From Camelus ferus (Eukaryota), in assembly GCF_009834535.1 (NCBI RefSeq), contig NC_045697.1, forward strand, positions 104,844,001-104,908,000: DNA of 64,000 nucleotides, in the 5' to 3' direction. The notes under the pieces were generated by a model. The model saw only the letters and a program-made list of their open reading frames with translations. It ran no database searches and was not told the DNA's origin. Shown piece after piece: positions 11,926-24,639 of this stretch; within the stretch, counting starts at the first letter, position 1; each line of letters starts with the position of its first letter. The position numbers and the translations under genes are program-made.

Positions 11926-12906
11926 CATGACATACAGAGTTGACTGAGACGGCACCTTGGAATGGGGAGGTACCTGTCTGGTACTTTGGTCCGGTGCTGT
12001 ATGGTGGTTAGGCTTGGGCTCCCACGTACCAGATAGTGGAGCCTCCTTCCTCTGTGAACTTGAGCAGTTATCAGCCCCGTGATCCCCGCATGGAACTTGA
12101 TTCCTGCATGGACCATGTATCTGTCATGTGTAGGTTTATTCAGGAACACTAGTAGACAGGTGTGGAGTCCTAGGGAATGATGCCCTCAATTGCCAATAGG
12201 CACGTGCCTTCAGGTATGCTGAAACCTCGTGTGTTGATTGAATTGCCTCTAAAGTGCATGGGGGAACCTCTCGTATCTGCTTTTCTGGGTGGAACCTGGA
12301 GCCTTCCGTGCTGAGTCGTCAGGGTTCCTGGCATGTGCTGCTGTCCGTGCTCTGTCCTGGGTACACAGGACTCTCTGGTTGGCCCTTGTAGGTCACGTGG
12401 CCTGTAACGTACAGAGGAGAGAATTGAAGGTGATCCCTTTCCCTTGACTAGTTATTCGCACTTAATTCTTCCTGTTGCCTCAATTCTTTGATACCCAAGT
12501 AGCAAATTGTCAGGGTGGGAGTGAGTGGAACCCAGAGGCTGGCCTAGGGAAGAGAGTTCCGGCTCTGGGCATCTCGAGTGTGGACATGATCACTTTTTTG
12601 AGGATTCCTCATCTCATGGGACCAGTGGTCTCTGAGAGAAACCCTCACATAATGCAACACTGCAGAGGAGCCTGTGGTTAAATTAAGAATCCTTTCCTGG
12701 TCTCAGTCACTAATTTTTTCTCTTGTAATTTGGAGCTTGGATTTCTGGGGGCCCTTTTTTTTTCTTTTGGTGAAAAAAGGGATGGCACATTGTTAAGTGT
12801 TTGGAGGTTTCCTCTTCTGTTCTGACTATTTCTGGTAATGGTGAAACATCACGACTCACCAGCATATTGTGGTTAAAAGCATTCTGAGAAAGATAATCTC
12901 TCGTAC

Positions 12907-13459
12907 TGTTGCGGAAAAATGTATTGTAGCTCAGTGTTACAGCTCAGTTGTGACAGCAACCTGGATCCGGGCGAGAGACCAAGCAGCACTCGGAGAGTTG
13001 GAGAACTCAGATTTATTACGCCAACGGGCCCAGAAGAGTTAACGCTTCAAGCTCTGAACCCCGTCTGTAGGTTTACACAGGCCTTTTATAGGCTGCCAGT
13101 TTTACACTTTGCAACATCATATGCAAAAAAAAGTACAACAGAAGTTGACCAACCAGGAACAAGCTTTGTAGAAATAGCCCAATCAGGAGTGTGCTCCATG
13201 CAAATGAAGTACTACAAATGGGCCAATCAGAAGTCAGGGAAGTGGACCAATCAGAAGTGAGAGTAATAACCAATCAGGAGTGAAGGAAATAACCAATCAG
13301 AAGTTAGCTCAGGGAACCAATAGAATTCTAGGTGTAAGCCGCTTTAGAGGCAAAGAGTGAGCTAGAGCCTCTGGGCCAGGGAACTGGACAGTGCTAAGAG
13401 GAGAGCAGCGGCCCTGCGTTAGGGGTCCTGCTGATCTTTTTATGGGGCTTCCTGCCTCA
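12907..13459 (-). mobile_element. ERV1-class solo LTR, 553 bp, antisense to the gene
   Basis: TG...CA termini (tgttgcgg...gcctca); 4-bp TSD gtac at 12903-12906 and 13460-13463; minus-strand TATAAAA (13084-13090) and AATAAA (13012-13017). Confidence 0.9.
13179..13321. promoter_or_regulatory. Array of six CCAAT (NF-Y-type) boxes plus octamer ATGCAAAT in LTR U3
   Basis: CCAAT at 13179, 13223, 13247, 13270, 13293, 13317 (last five spaced 23-24 bp, mostly rccaatcag); atgcaaat at 13198-13205. Confidence 0.7.
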
Positions 13460-14147
13460 GTACCCGCATTATCAGCATCGTTGGTTGTAGATTCTATCTT
13501 AAAATGACAAGTCCCAAACCAGCCAGTAGAAGGATGTGCCAGGGTGTGCGCGGAGCCTTGGGTGGTCCCTGCTGGGGTGACCTCCCTTTGTGTCCTGTAA
13601 GGACGACTGCCTGTCCTGAGCTGTGGTGACTCTGCTTTGCGGACATACTCTAAAGAGCCTTAGGGGGAGTTTTCAGGGATGAAGCGCCATCAAGCAGATT
13701 TAAACTGGTAGCCACCAACCTCGCCCTTTGCATAATGTAGTCTGATAGCTAATAAAAAAGGAATGTAATTGACTTTTAAATGTGGAGGAGGAGGAGAGGA
13801 AAAAAATCTCAAACAGAAGTGTTCTGTTAACGAACCTGATAGCCCCCTTTGTTATTCAGACAAGCCCCTCGCTCTTTCCCCCCCGAAGAAAGGGCTGTGT
13901 TGGGGCTGGATTGCACATTTCCTTGGCACTTTGCCCCACCGCCTCTTCCCTGAAAATGTTTATGGAGATCTGGTATGTTAATAAATTTAGAAGTGAGTTA
14001 ATGGTTGCCTTGGCAGGGGAAGAGAAAGCGCTGAAATGTGTTGTTCATTTCATTTCTGGGCGGGTTGGGAGAGGGAAATGAAACACACATTTTTTTTACT
14101 CTTTGGAAACCTAATACTGTGCTCTTTTGTTACCGCCCTTGTTCTAG

Positions 14148-14219
14148 GCATTAAGTGTAACCGAAACCCTGATTAAACCCTTGGAGAAATTCAGAAAAGA
14201 GCAACTTGGAGCCGTCAAG
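14148..14219 (+). CDS. ARHGAP10: ARHGAP10 coding exon (probable exon 4), BAR domain: ALSVTETLIKPLEKFRKEQLGAVK
   Basis: Acceptor cttgttctag|GCA, donor AAG|gtttgt; 72 nt, phase 0-0. Confidence 0.96.
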
Positions 14220-15764
14220 GTTTGTGTCTCATTTGAGTTCACTTGTAAACAGAAAACATCCACAGAGCCTACCCTCTGTTCACATTTGGCAGCTTTGAAG
14301 GAGATGTCGGAGTCAACTGTCTGTTGTTTTATGTTTTAAATGTGCTTTTTTTTCCCCTTTGGGGGATGTGACATGGAGAACAAAACAAAAACACCTGGAC
14401 AGGATGATAAACCCTGTTGTAATTGTCGTTGGCTACACCTTTCCATATAGAGTTTTAGAAGTAACTTTAAGCCAACAACGCATTGACTCCGAGTGGAAGC
14501 ATCTTGACTCTGCAGAGAGGGCATTTATTTTATGGTGGAGGGTAGCTTTAGTCTAGGGTTTGCGATTAGAACGCTGCTACACCATCATGCCGTTGAGACT
14601 GGAAAGAGAACGTTAGGTTATTGGGATGTATTTCCTTCAGTGTAACACAGATTTATCACGTTTCCCTTACGTTCCAGTCGTGTTATGGGCGCTGGGGATT
14701 CAAAGGTGAACGAATCACAGACTCTACACTCAGAGATCTGGGATGTGGCCAGGATTTCTGGGAATAACACAGCGACTTTGCCACAGGGAGCCTGGGATAT
14801 ATTTAGCCACTTCTAAAGTTTGCGAACTGAGCTTTGAAATGATCTCAGAGAAATAATTTCCACCAGCCTTTCCTGAATGCTGTGCATATACTCAAGGGAG
14901 GAGAGGTAGCGTTTGTGTGTCGTTGACCATGTTTGGCTCGGCCCAAGGAGAAGGGGGGGAACATCAGTTTTCAGTAGGGAAGTGAGTTTTTGTATCTGTA
15001 TTTTTTCCCCCTCCATCTGCCTTGGGAATGTGAGGGGTTTTTGTTTTGTTTTGTTTTTCTTTGTCTTCATAAACAAACTATTAAAATCCTTTTTACAAAT
15101 AAACATTGTGGCCTCCACTGCTGTAGCTGTATAGATTGGCCCAGAGAGGGCCAGGTGTTCAGTTGCTGTTTACAGAATCAGTTCTCCTTTAGGTGACTTG
15201 TTCACATATTAGATACTTCTTTTTGGCATGATATTTTACAGTTTTTGTGAAGGGCGGTGTTTTGAGGGGAGGTCAGTGGGGGTACCCCTAAGTCCTCTTC
15301 CTGGGATGGTTTGCCGAGCTGCATGAGGCTGGTGTGTGTCTGCTGGCTTCGAAGCAGGATGTTGGAGGTCTGGTTTCATGTCTATGACCTTTGGCAAGTA
15401 ACTGGCTTTAGTTTCTTACCTGTAAGGGTGAAGGACCTGGGATCTGACCGCTCCATTTTGCAGTCTTACGATTCTGTTCTCTCTGATCTTAGGCTGTTTT
15501 AAAGCTTGAACATCTTGGTTCTTTTAATGTTTCCTTGGCAGGTACTAAATGCAGACATTTCTAATTTTTCTCATTTTAATGGGATGATGGTGGTGGTGGA
15601 CGAAGATTATATTATGGAAATGAAAAATGAATGTGACTTCATTAATAAATATATTTTTCTTTTTATTTACCTCCTGGGTTTTTATAAATTTCCAAGCTCA
15701 GATTTTCTATCAACTCCCATTTTTCCCCAGACTTTTCCAGCTTCTGATGTGCTTGTTCAAAGTA

Positions 15765-15980
15765 CAGTCGACCCTTGAACAACATGGATTTGAACTGTGT
15801 GGGTCCACTTACACGTGGGTATTTTTCAGTTGTAAATGCTACAGCACTGCAAGCTCTGCGGGTGGTGGAGTCCGCGGATGTGGACCTGGGGTGCTGAGGA
15901 CCTACTCAAAGTTGTATTTGGATTTTTGATGTCTTGAAGGTTGGTGGCCCTCACCCCCGTGTTGTTCCAGGGTCAGTGGT
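15765..15980. mobile_element. MER8/Tigger2-type TcMar MITE
   Basis: TIRs cagtcgacccttgaacaacatgg ... ccgtgttgttccagggtcagtgg, preceded by TA. Confidence 0.8.
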
Positions 15981-16859
15981 TATATCCTACAAAGCAACTT
16001 GCAAAATAAATGCCCATATTCAAAGGTTAAATTATTTTAGTACTTTTAGTCTATGCTGTGAGCTGTTTAGTGGCCAGATTCTGTCCTGCAGTCCCATGTC
16101 TTTATTTCTTCATTGTTTCCCTGGCCTCAGGCTGAGTTTACCCAGCACGCTTGTTCAGTGCAGCGTGTGTGTTGGCGATCACACCTGTTGTTTCCTTCAA
16201 GGAGGTCTGTGGTTGTGAGTCACAGGGAGAACCCTTTTCCCCCCCACTGGCAGTTTTGTGTGTTATAGTAGTAACAGCAGGGAAAGGCAGTGTTCCAGGT
16301 TACATAGCGGTATATAAGCACCTGTCTCTTTGATTAGACTGTTAAATCTTTAAGAGAAGAGACTACGCTGTGTCTTTATTTTCCATCAGACTCCACTCTT
16401 ACTGTATACGATATCTAATAAATTAGCCAGTTCTACTGATAATTCTGGAAGAACCAGGATGGGGTTTGTAATCTAGATGTTTGATGACTTTCTACTTCTT
16501 TGCTTCCTAAACATCAATCATATTTGATTTTAAGTGTGAAATTTTCTTTATTATAAGATGACTCTGCATTGAAAATGGTGCTAAACAGCTCTTAAACAGC
16601 ATTTTAAAAATAACATTGACATTCACTGGGGTGATTAGCAGCTGCCACAGAGGCTCCAAACCATGAACCAGACATTTAACTTGGAGCAAAAAGGAAAGAA
16701 ATAGAAAGAAAAAGCAAGCAAATAAAGACAAGTAAAAACATTCAGATAATCAGAAAGACATCTGTGGACACATCAACAGCAGGTTTACCGGCACAGGCAC
16801 TGTGGGCATCCAGAGCAGGCTTTGGAAAACGAATTGTTAAACTAACAGAGGTTTTTTGA

Positions 16860-17080
16860 TAGGCTGTTTGTGATGGTTGAAAGAACTTTAGGTTCAGAAT
16901 CAGACAAACTCAGGCTTAATCCCTGGCTTTGCTGATCACTAACTTTAGACAAATTACCTAATCTTTGTGATAATCAGTGTACTCATTGCAAAAGAGGACA
17001 ATAACCCAGGATTCCTGGATGACTGGAAGGGATGTAGAGAGAACGCCTCGCGCACTGCTGAAATCACAGCCGAGAGTGAG
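16860..17080 (+). mobile_element. MIR SINE
   Basis: ttcagaatcagacaaactcaggcttaatccctggctttgctgatcact...acaaattacctaatct MIR core. Confidence 0.6.
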
Positions 17081-18594
17081 AGCAGTAATGGAAAGGGAAC
17101 CGTGCTGGTGGTGGCAGTGGGAGTAAATGTCCTAATGCCATCTTAGCAATCATACAGAGCATCCATCAATCGTATTTTGACACACATATGTTCTTGTTCC
17201 ACTAGTTTCCTGACTTAACGTGGGGTCCTTAAACATAACTTTATTCTCTTAGGCTAAAATTCTTTTTTTAAACAACGACAAGCAGTTTTCATGTGGGGAG
17301 GGAAAAAAAAGTCTTTAAAAGCTGACCACAGCAGAATGCTTAAGATATTCCTGTCAAAATGTTTATCTTGTCTTTTCTCTTCTCCTTTTCCCCATCTGGG
17401 GCTGTCCGGCCCTTTGCCTTTCTCTGGAAGCTCTCTCAGTTCCTTTTACTTCTTTCTCTAGTTTCTAGAATCCCAGTGACATGTTTCACTTGTGGGCTGA
17501 ATGTCATCTGAACCACCAGGTGGTTTTTGTAAACTGGATTTTTGAAAAGCCCCCAGGTCTTCTTTTCTGCTTCCATTTGGATATGTTCTCCTTCAGTCAT
17601 GCCTGTTTATTTTGGGCTTAACCCTCCATACTGGAGGCTCTGCCACATTTTCTCACGTGCCTGCCAGGAGCTTGTCTTAGTTTAAAGAGCCCTGTTTCCC
17701 ACTGCAGGACCGAAACTGATCTGTGCTGGGTCACAGCCACTTCCAGTTCAGGGTTCCTCGCTCAGCTCTTACCTCCGCTGAAGCTCTGTCCCTTCCACAG
17801 GAGCTGGTCACTTATTCCCAAGGGTCGGCACAGCAATTGGTCCATAATTATCTCTCCTTAAATGTTGTTTTCGCCACAGGAAACTAATACAGGTACCAGA
17901 CAGCATCAGAGCCAAAGGCATCATATAAAAACTCTGGGAAACACCAGAGTTTGCTCAGAGTTTCAGTGGGAGAATTGAAACTTACTTTCTCTGAAAACAG
18001 CTGTGTGCAAATATCAAACGGTTACAACCACCTGATATTGACAATTCATAGAGCCTATTCAAATACTGTCTTGTAAAGAGCCAGTTACTGTTTTATTCAA
18101 TAGAATTAAAAAAAAATTTAACCAAAGGATTAAAAAGTGTTGATTTCATAAATGGTACCTTAGCAGCTCAGCCATTGCCCATTGCCAGACTCTTACCCCA
18201 AATTTCTCTTGTATTTCTTTTCAAGGCTACGTCTAAAGACTAAATGTTTAATAAAAACTGACTTCCTGAGATTTTGCGGATGAATGCAAAATACGGGTTA
18301 AAAATGCAAATCTATTTGAGTAATTTCTCAAATTATGTTTGATAAAGCAGGGGAAAATGTGGATTTAATTACACTTCTTTCATTTTAGTAGTAAAGACAC
18401 TTAATCCGACCTGTCATGGCCCAGGGTGAGAGACCCTGGGATATACAAGGAGGAATTAAAACAGTGGCCCGCCTTCAAGACATTGGCAAGTCTGTCAAGT
18501 AAACAGGCAGTGAGAGTGCGCTGTGCGAAGTGCTCTAGCAGTAAGCATAGGTGTTGGGAACACACCCTGTCATCTGGGCTTTGGAGCGCCAGGG

Positions 18595-18960
18595 ACGCCA
18601 ATCAGCAAGACCTGATTGCCCCTTATTTGAATCTTGTTTCTGCCCCTTACATAGCTCTGCGATTTGGAGCAACTTAATTAAAGCCTCTAAGCCTCAGTTT
18701 GCTGATCTTTATTTTTTTTAATTTTTAAAAATTTTATTATTTTTTAATGGAAGTATTGGGGATGGAACCCAGGAACTCCTGCACACTAAACATGTGCTTT
18801 ACCACTGAGCTCTACCCTCCCCCTTCCTGATCTTTAAAATGAGACTCCTGACACCTGTCCGCGAAGGTGATGGTGAGGGTTCAGTGAATGTGATCCTGTG
18901 TTCCTGGGGTCTCGGGCGGGGCCTGGCATAGACACGGTTGCGGTTATTTTCTGATCCCCT
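18595..18960 (+). mobile_element. MIR SINE interrupted by a camelid SINE
   Basis: ctctaagcctcagtttgctgatcttta|aaatgaga MIR core rejoins across the insertion. Confidence 0.65.
18712..18826 (-). mobile_element. Camelid tRNA-derived SINE (short form)
   Basis: ggaagtattggggatggaacccagg...accactgagctctaccctcccc; TSD ctgatcttta at 18702-18711 and 18827-18836. Confidence 0.9.
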
Positions 18961-19949
18961 TTGCGACTTGATCCGTGTCAGCTTGCCCCACAAGAATTGC
19001 TCGGGTTTTCGTCCACTCCTGGCATGATGGGTTCAGAGCTAACGTGCCGGGGTGTGGTGGCTGCGACCCTCCTGGGCAGATGGTGCCAAGGTGATGGGTC
19101 GGTGGCTCTGGAGCAGCTGCCCGGGAGCCAATACCCAGGTGCTTTGTCTGTGTCAGGGCTGCTGCAGCCTCTTCCCTCGTTCTTTGATGGATGTCTCCAG
19201 GGCCTCTCCTGGGTATGAGGACAAAGACTGAATTTTCCTCTCTTCGGAGAGGCTGAAGGAGCTGAAAGGCAAAAGCGGGTGTGGGGTTGGATAGGGCCAA
19301 TGAAGTGTCAAGTAGGGAAGGTGACACTCGGGGCAGGAGTTAAGGGAGGGTGCTGTTTCCCCCACTGGAGGGGTTGGAGGGTGCTTCATGGAAGAGGTGG
19401 CATTTCACCTGGGCTGTAGGATGTCGGTAGACCAGGCAGAGGGAAGAACATGGGTTGCAAAACTCTGGTTGGCTGTGATACACAGGATTCCGTTTTAAAA
19501 AAATGCTCCTGCTGAGCGGATTACATGTATTACGAATCTTGTTTCTTGTAGCTATGGTATTACCACCCCCACCTTTTTATTTAAATAAAAAGAGAAAAAG
19601 AGTTGGACTCTCTGAGGAAGTCTTTATGCTCTTGTCTAAACTAGTCATGCCTTATTATTTAATGTTCATAGTTTGAAAGTAAGTTTTTTCATTTCTTCAT
19701 CCTGGAAAATTTCTAAAATATCAAAACTAGTTAAAAAGGAGAGTTACCTGTTAACTTAAAAAGTTTTTTACCCCCTTCTTCTAAAACAAAACAAAAAATC
19801 CTGATGTCCTATAGAAATGTGGACAGTTCACAAATGTTCAAACTTCTGTGTTTTCTTTGTATGTTTTGTATTCATTTTTCCATGGAGGTATAATGTGCTT
19901 TTTAATAAAGTAGAAAAAGTGCTTAATAAAGGGTGTTTTGTGTTAGGAC

Positions 19950-20300
19950 CATTTACTTCTTTTCTTACATATTAATTGCATCTTCTCCCTGCTTTGTTCT
20001 TTGCCTTTTTGCTTATTTATTGTGTATGTCTTGATATCTGGAGTTCTTAAGACTTCTTCCATTTCTTTTTTGGTCAGAAGTTCCTTCTCCATTCTGAGAT
20101 CTGATGACAATATTCTTTTTTTATGGCTTCATTTTTTACTTGTGACTCTTTCAATCCATCTGGAATTAATTTTGAGATGAGATGTGGTCTCTTATTTCCA
20201 ACCCATTAACCAATTATACCCACAGCATTGGTTGAATAATATTTCTTTGTCCAGTGATTTGTGATGACACCTTTATATGTATATGTCTTTGCTTCTAATA
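19950..20300 (-). mobile_element. Old L1ME-type fragment
   Basis: tcaatccatctggaattaatttt...cagcattggttgaataat...tgatttgtgatgacacctttat resembles antisense L1ME ORF2. Confidence 0.55.
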
Positions 20301-20766
20301 TATTCAGAAAAACTGATTGTTTTGCTTCTTAGGTTTATGAATTCCCACTACGGCTGTTACACAGAATGCATCTTAACTGATGATGCTGTTTTAAGTAATA
20401 GCTTTTCTTTCCTATTTTTTTTTTTTTTTTGCCATGTGCGATTTTATAACAGATTACAAGCCAACTTCCCATGAATGATATTTAACTTTTCAACATTTGT
20501 TTGGCTTACTTATGTTAAAACTAAAAAAAAAAAAAAAAAAAAAAAATTGTTGTTGTTGCCACCATTTAAAAATCATTGGGTTTTCCAGCTGTTCCAGAAA
20601 AATCAGAGGACGTGGCCTGTATACTGAGCTTAGGTTTCCACATGGCACAAATCTGCTGGAGCTCTGTCACAGCCCGCTGTTCTAGAACAGTCAAGGGCCA
20701 GCTGGTTTACCTTTGCGCCCACCTCTCCTTATTTCCTTCCAGCTGGACACATGGACACAGACTCAC

Positions 20767-20927
20767 TTTTTTTTTTTTTTTTTTTGTATCTACAAATCCC
20801 AAACTCCCAATTTATACCTCCACTCCCCACTTTCTTTCCCAGTAAACATAAGTTTGTTTTCCATGTCTGTGAGTCTGTTTCTGTTTTGTAAATAAATTCA
20901 TTTGTTTCAACTTTTTTTGTTTTTAGA
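20767..20927 (-). mobile_element. L1 3' UTR internal fragment with poly(A)
   Basis: Reverse complement matches 57750-57865 (aaatgaacttatttacaaaa-agaaacagactca...ggagtttgggatt...gatac), then an A run. Confidence 0.8.
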
Positions 20928-21916
20928 GGAATGCTGTTTTATTAAAAAAAATTCATTGTATTTAAGTTAACCCTTGATAGAGCCTTTCATCTTATATTGC
21001 TCAATTTATTTTATATATACACACACATGAATATAATTCCGTACATATATATGCATGTATATCCTATATTGCTGTGTTGAAGACACAAGGCTCTATTCTT
21101 TGATTGCTACTTGAACACAGTCCCTTTTAAAATTCATGCTATTTAAGCACCAAAAGTCACAGGAGTACAAAGAGTACAAAGAAACACAATAGTATTCTAT
21201 AATGACTTTGGGAACAAATGCAGGGAGAAATAAGTATCTAAGTCTTAAGATTCAAAATAAAACACAGCAGTGTTTGTGTAACACCATACCAAGAATGAAC
21301 GAATGTATTTCCACTCTAATTGGTGGGTGTGATGTTGTTTCTTGGCTAAATTCTTTCTCCACAAAGCCTTGATACCGCCGTTCTCTTTCATTCCCAACTT
21401 AACCCACGTGCTCATTTCCATACCCGACTATTGCTGAGTGTGCTGGGTGTTTAGTTTTTACTGCTGATTTTAGCAGCACTGCTTCCTTTGTCCCATTCTG
21501 TGATTCAGATGAAATCAAAGGAGTAAAAATGTTTTCAGCATGCCTGCTGAGTACTGATCTGCAGGGATGGTCGATGTTTTAAACCACGTGATGTTGCTTT
21601 GCTGCAGTCGTGTGCTCAGCACAGGGGCTTGACCTCCAGTCCTGTCTTGTTTGAACCTGCGATGATGATACTCAGAGAAGGCTGTGACATGAGAACGCAG
21701 ACTCACAGAATCATACGTGGCCACTAGAACTTGAGTCTTCTGACACCTAATCCAGCATATACTCTACAGTAGGAACTTTTAAAAATAGTGGAGATGAGAA
21801 GTAATGGCCATATGTTCTTTTTAGTTTACTTTCTGTTAGTCATTAAAATCGTTGAGGAAGAGTGTCATAATGGAAAGCAGGAAAGAGAGTTACCATGCCA
21901 TATTAATGCCATAAGC

Positions 21917-22017
21917 TTTCTTTCTTTTTTTTTTTAAATGGAGGTACTGGGGATTGAACCCAGGACCTCATGCATGCTAAGCATGTGCTCTACCACTGAG
22001 CTATACCCTCCCCCCAC
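21917..22017 (-). mobile_element. Camelid tRNA-derived SINE (short form, near consensus)
   Basis: ggaggtactggggattgaacccaggacctcatgcatgctaagcatgtgctctaccactgagctataccctcccc; degenerate TSD ccataagcttt/ccttaaggttt. Confidence 0.93.
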
Positions 22018-23421
22018 CTTAAGGTTTTAAAAAAATAGTTGTTAAGTTAAACCGAGGGCATGAAAAAAAAAAGTGCTTCTGTTTCATCAAAAATTTGCCC
22101 ATTCCCATATACAGGTGAACCATAGGACCACCTTAGGACTGTATCTAAGAATGAGCTCATGCAAAAACAAATTCTTGCTCTTTTCAATAAGAAAACTAAG
22201 GTTCTGTGTTGTCAGGTTCCCACCCTCCCCAAAGTTGTGTGGCTCATTGGTAATTAAACTTGGAGTAGAAACACCCGTTCCTGAGTCTCTGTCTCTACCA
22301 TCAATATCGGGGTTAATTTAAGTCCTTTAGGTGAGCTGACAGAGCTTCTGTTCCAGCTTCTCACAACAGTTTGCGGTCCCATGTAGTGAAAAAAGAATGA
22401 TACATGCTAAGAAATAGAATTTAGCTGCTTTATTTACTCTCTTTGCTTAATAGGAAAAAGGTCACACCAGTAGAGGCTGGAAGAGCCCATTATTTTTGAC
22501 TGAGACAATAGCAGTTGGGAAGTAAGAGAATGTTCCTTTCTGGGAGGCCTTGGAGCCTTGGGGAGAGCTGGAGTTAATGGAAACCATTTGACAGCATGAG
22601 GACATCGCTGTGTGCTCATTGGCGCTATTAAATTGGCAAGCAGTGTTGGGGAGATTGTCTTCTCTGCAGTTAAAATTTTGGTTACTTGTTTTCTCAAAAA
22701 GCTACTATAGCAAAAGGAAAGCAAATGCTGTTTCTAGGTGGTGCCTGAGAAATGTTTGTAATGTTCACCAGAGGATCTCAGTTCAAGTAGGTCAGTTTTA
22801 TTTTAGGTCCCATTGACCTATTGATACGTATTCTAGGTCGTGTTACAGAAATCACTGCTAAGTTTTAGGTAAGTAGATGACATGGTCAGAGGATTTAATT
22901 GTTATATTCATACTGAACAATTGGGAAAGGTCTTCTCCAATTGGTCCCCTTCCCCTACCCCTGCTATGGTGATGATGATTATTTTTAATGTAGATCAAAA
23001 CTTACTCAGCTTTAAATTAATTCCATTTCTATGCCAAAATCTGTAGCAAGTTTGCCTTTTTTAAGCTGCTGGTTCTTATGTATTCATGTTAGAAAAAATT
23101 TTTAAGTGAGGGACAAGTGAATGGCATTAATTCCAAACACTGATAAGTATAGAAGAGTTGAAAAATAACAGGCTTGAAAAAAAGTCCATTAAAGGAAAAA
23201 AGATAAGTGGCTATTCCATCCTGATGCTGTATTGATGATGAATAAGCAGTGGCCTGGGTGCAGATAGATTTCTCCAGATAATTTCTTCACACTTCGTGGT
23301 ACTTTTTTTGTTTTCAGGTATTTTTCATATTTTGAGGTTCCCAGAATATGGATTAACTATGTGTATGCCTTTTCCCTCTGTTTAATCATAGTTGTCTGCA
23401 TTTTTTTTTTCTGATTTGTAG

Positions 23422-23523
23422 GAAGAAAAAAAGAAGTTTGACAAAGAGACAGAAAAGAACTATAGCCTGATTGATAAACATTTGAATTTATCAGCAAAAA
23501 AGAAAGACTCACATTTACAAGAG
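23422..23523 (+). CDS. ARHGAP10: ARHGAP10 coding exon (probable exon 5), BAR domain: [34 protein letters not shown]
   Basis: Poly-T tract + ctgatttgtag|GAA, donor GAG|gtattg; 102 nt, phase 0-0. Confidence 0.97.
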
Positions 23524-24639
23524 GTATTGTGTTTATTTTTCTCTTGTTTCTAAAATTTAATAGTCACTGCATGTCTTTTCTTAAAAAAAAAATGTGCTTT
23601 GCTTTTCAAAACGTTTCATCTAGGATTATTAGAGATGGAAAAAATGAACCAATATCACCATGAATTAAGAAAAAAAGCTCTTTCGGAACAGAACATAAAA
23701 TAAGACATCTCGTAGTGATTAATGCAGCACGGATTCACAGTATTAAAAGCTTTGGTTCTGAGTATATATTCACAGGAACAGTCATTTTCACCAGCATTAG
23801 TGAGAACAGATATATTATTTTCAGGAATAGATCAGTTAACTGGCTTTCGAGACTTCTTTAAGAACTGAATTGAATAAGCTCACACACCATTTGGCTTCGA
23901 CGTGAAGGCAGCATTAATCGTATTGAACGCTGAAGATTCAAGCGGTTTCAGCTTCGTCAGAAAGAGCATCTGTTTTACTTGTGTCAACAGACTCATTTTT
24001 GGGGGAGGGAGCCGTCTGTGAGGAGAAAGGAATTTATATTTTCTCTCTCGTTTTCTCTTTCTGTTTCTCTTCTCAAATTCCCTGCCCCTTGTTGTTCCTC
24101 GTTCATACACTTCCATGGAAACTCAGTTGTTTACAATTTGGAACATATGCTTTTCTTAAAAATAATGCTGTTTGCTGCTTGAAGGATCTTGACTCATCCC
24201 ACAAAAGTGCGATTTTTTTTTTTCTCATTTATTTTTAAACACATGGAATCTGGGCATAACGTACTGCTGTAATACACACTTACTGAAGCATGATCAAAAT
24301 GGCAACATTTCAGTATAAGCCTGGGTTACATTTAAATGTCACATATTTAGTTGCAAAGTCTGTGTGTATGTGTGTGGTGTGGTCATTTTGACATTACCCA
24401 CCTGTCACATTTTCTTTTGTCTCTAATACTTTTGACTGACATTTCGATGGTGTTTGATGGTCTATATAAGAGAAAGGCACTTTTGTACCATTTAATCCTC
24501 AGCACAATACTGGAGGAAGGTGGGGCTCCTTTCTCTCCATGTCCTATGTTGGGTAGAAAACCACTTCATTGTTATTTGTGCTCCCTCATCCTCCTCCCTC
24601 TGTCACCTGTGAAATGACAGCTGTTGCTCTTGTAGGCTG

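Noticed and set aside
12919..13260. 113-aa ORF
   Set aside because: Lies wholly within the solo LTR; no gag/pol/env similarity.
13220..13325. Regularly spaced repeats resembling a CRISPR-like array
   Set aside because: Units are 23-24 bp degenerate tandem CCAAT repeats within a retroviral LTR; there are no unique spacers, no cas genes, and the context is mammalian.
21935..22015. tRNA-Ala(AGC)-like sequence (also at 40052 and other copies)
   Set aside because: Copies have A-rich tails, TSDs and individual mutations; they are SINEs, not tRNA genes.
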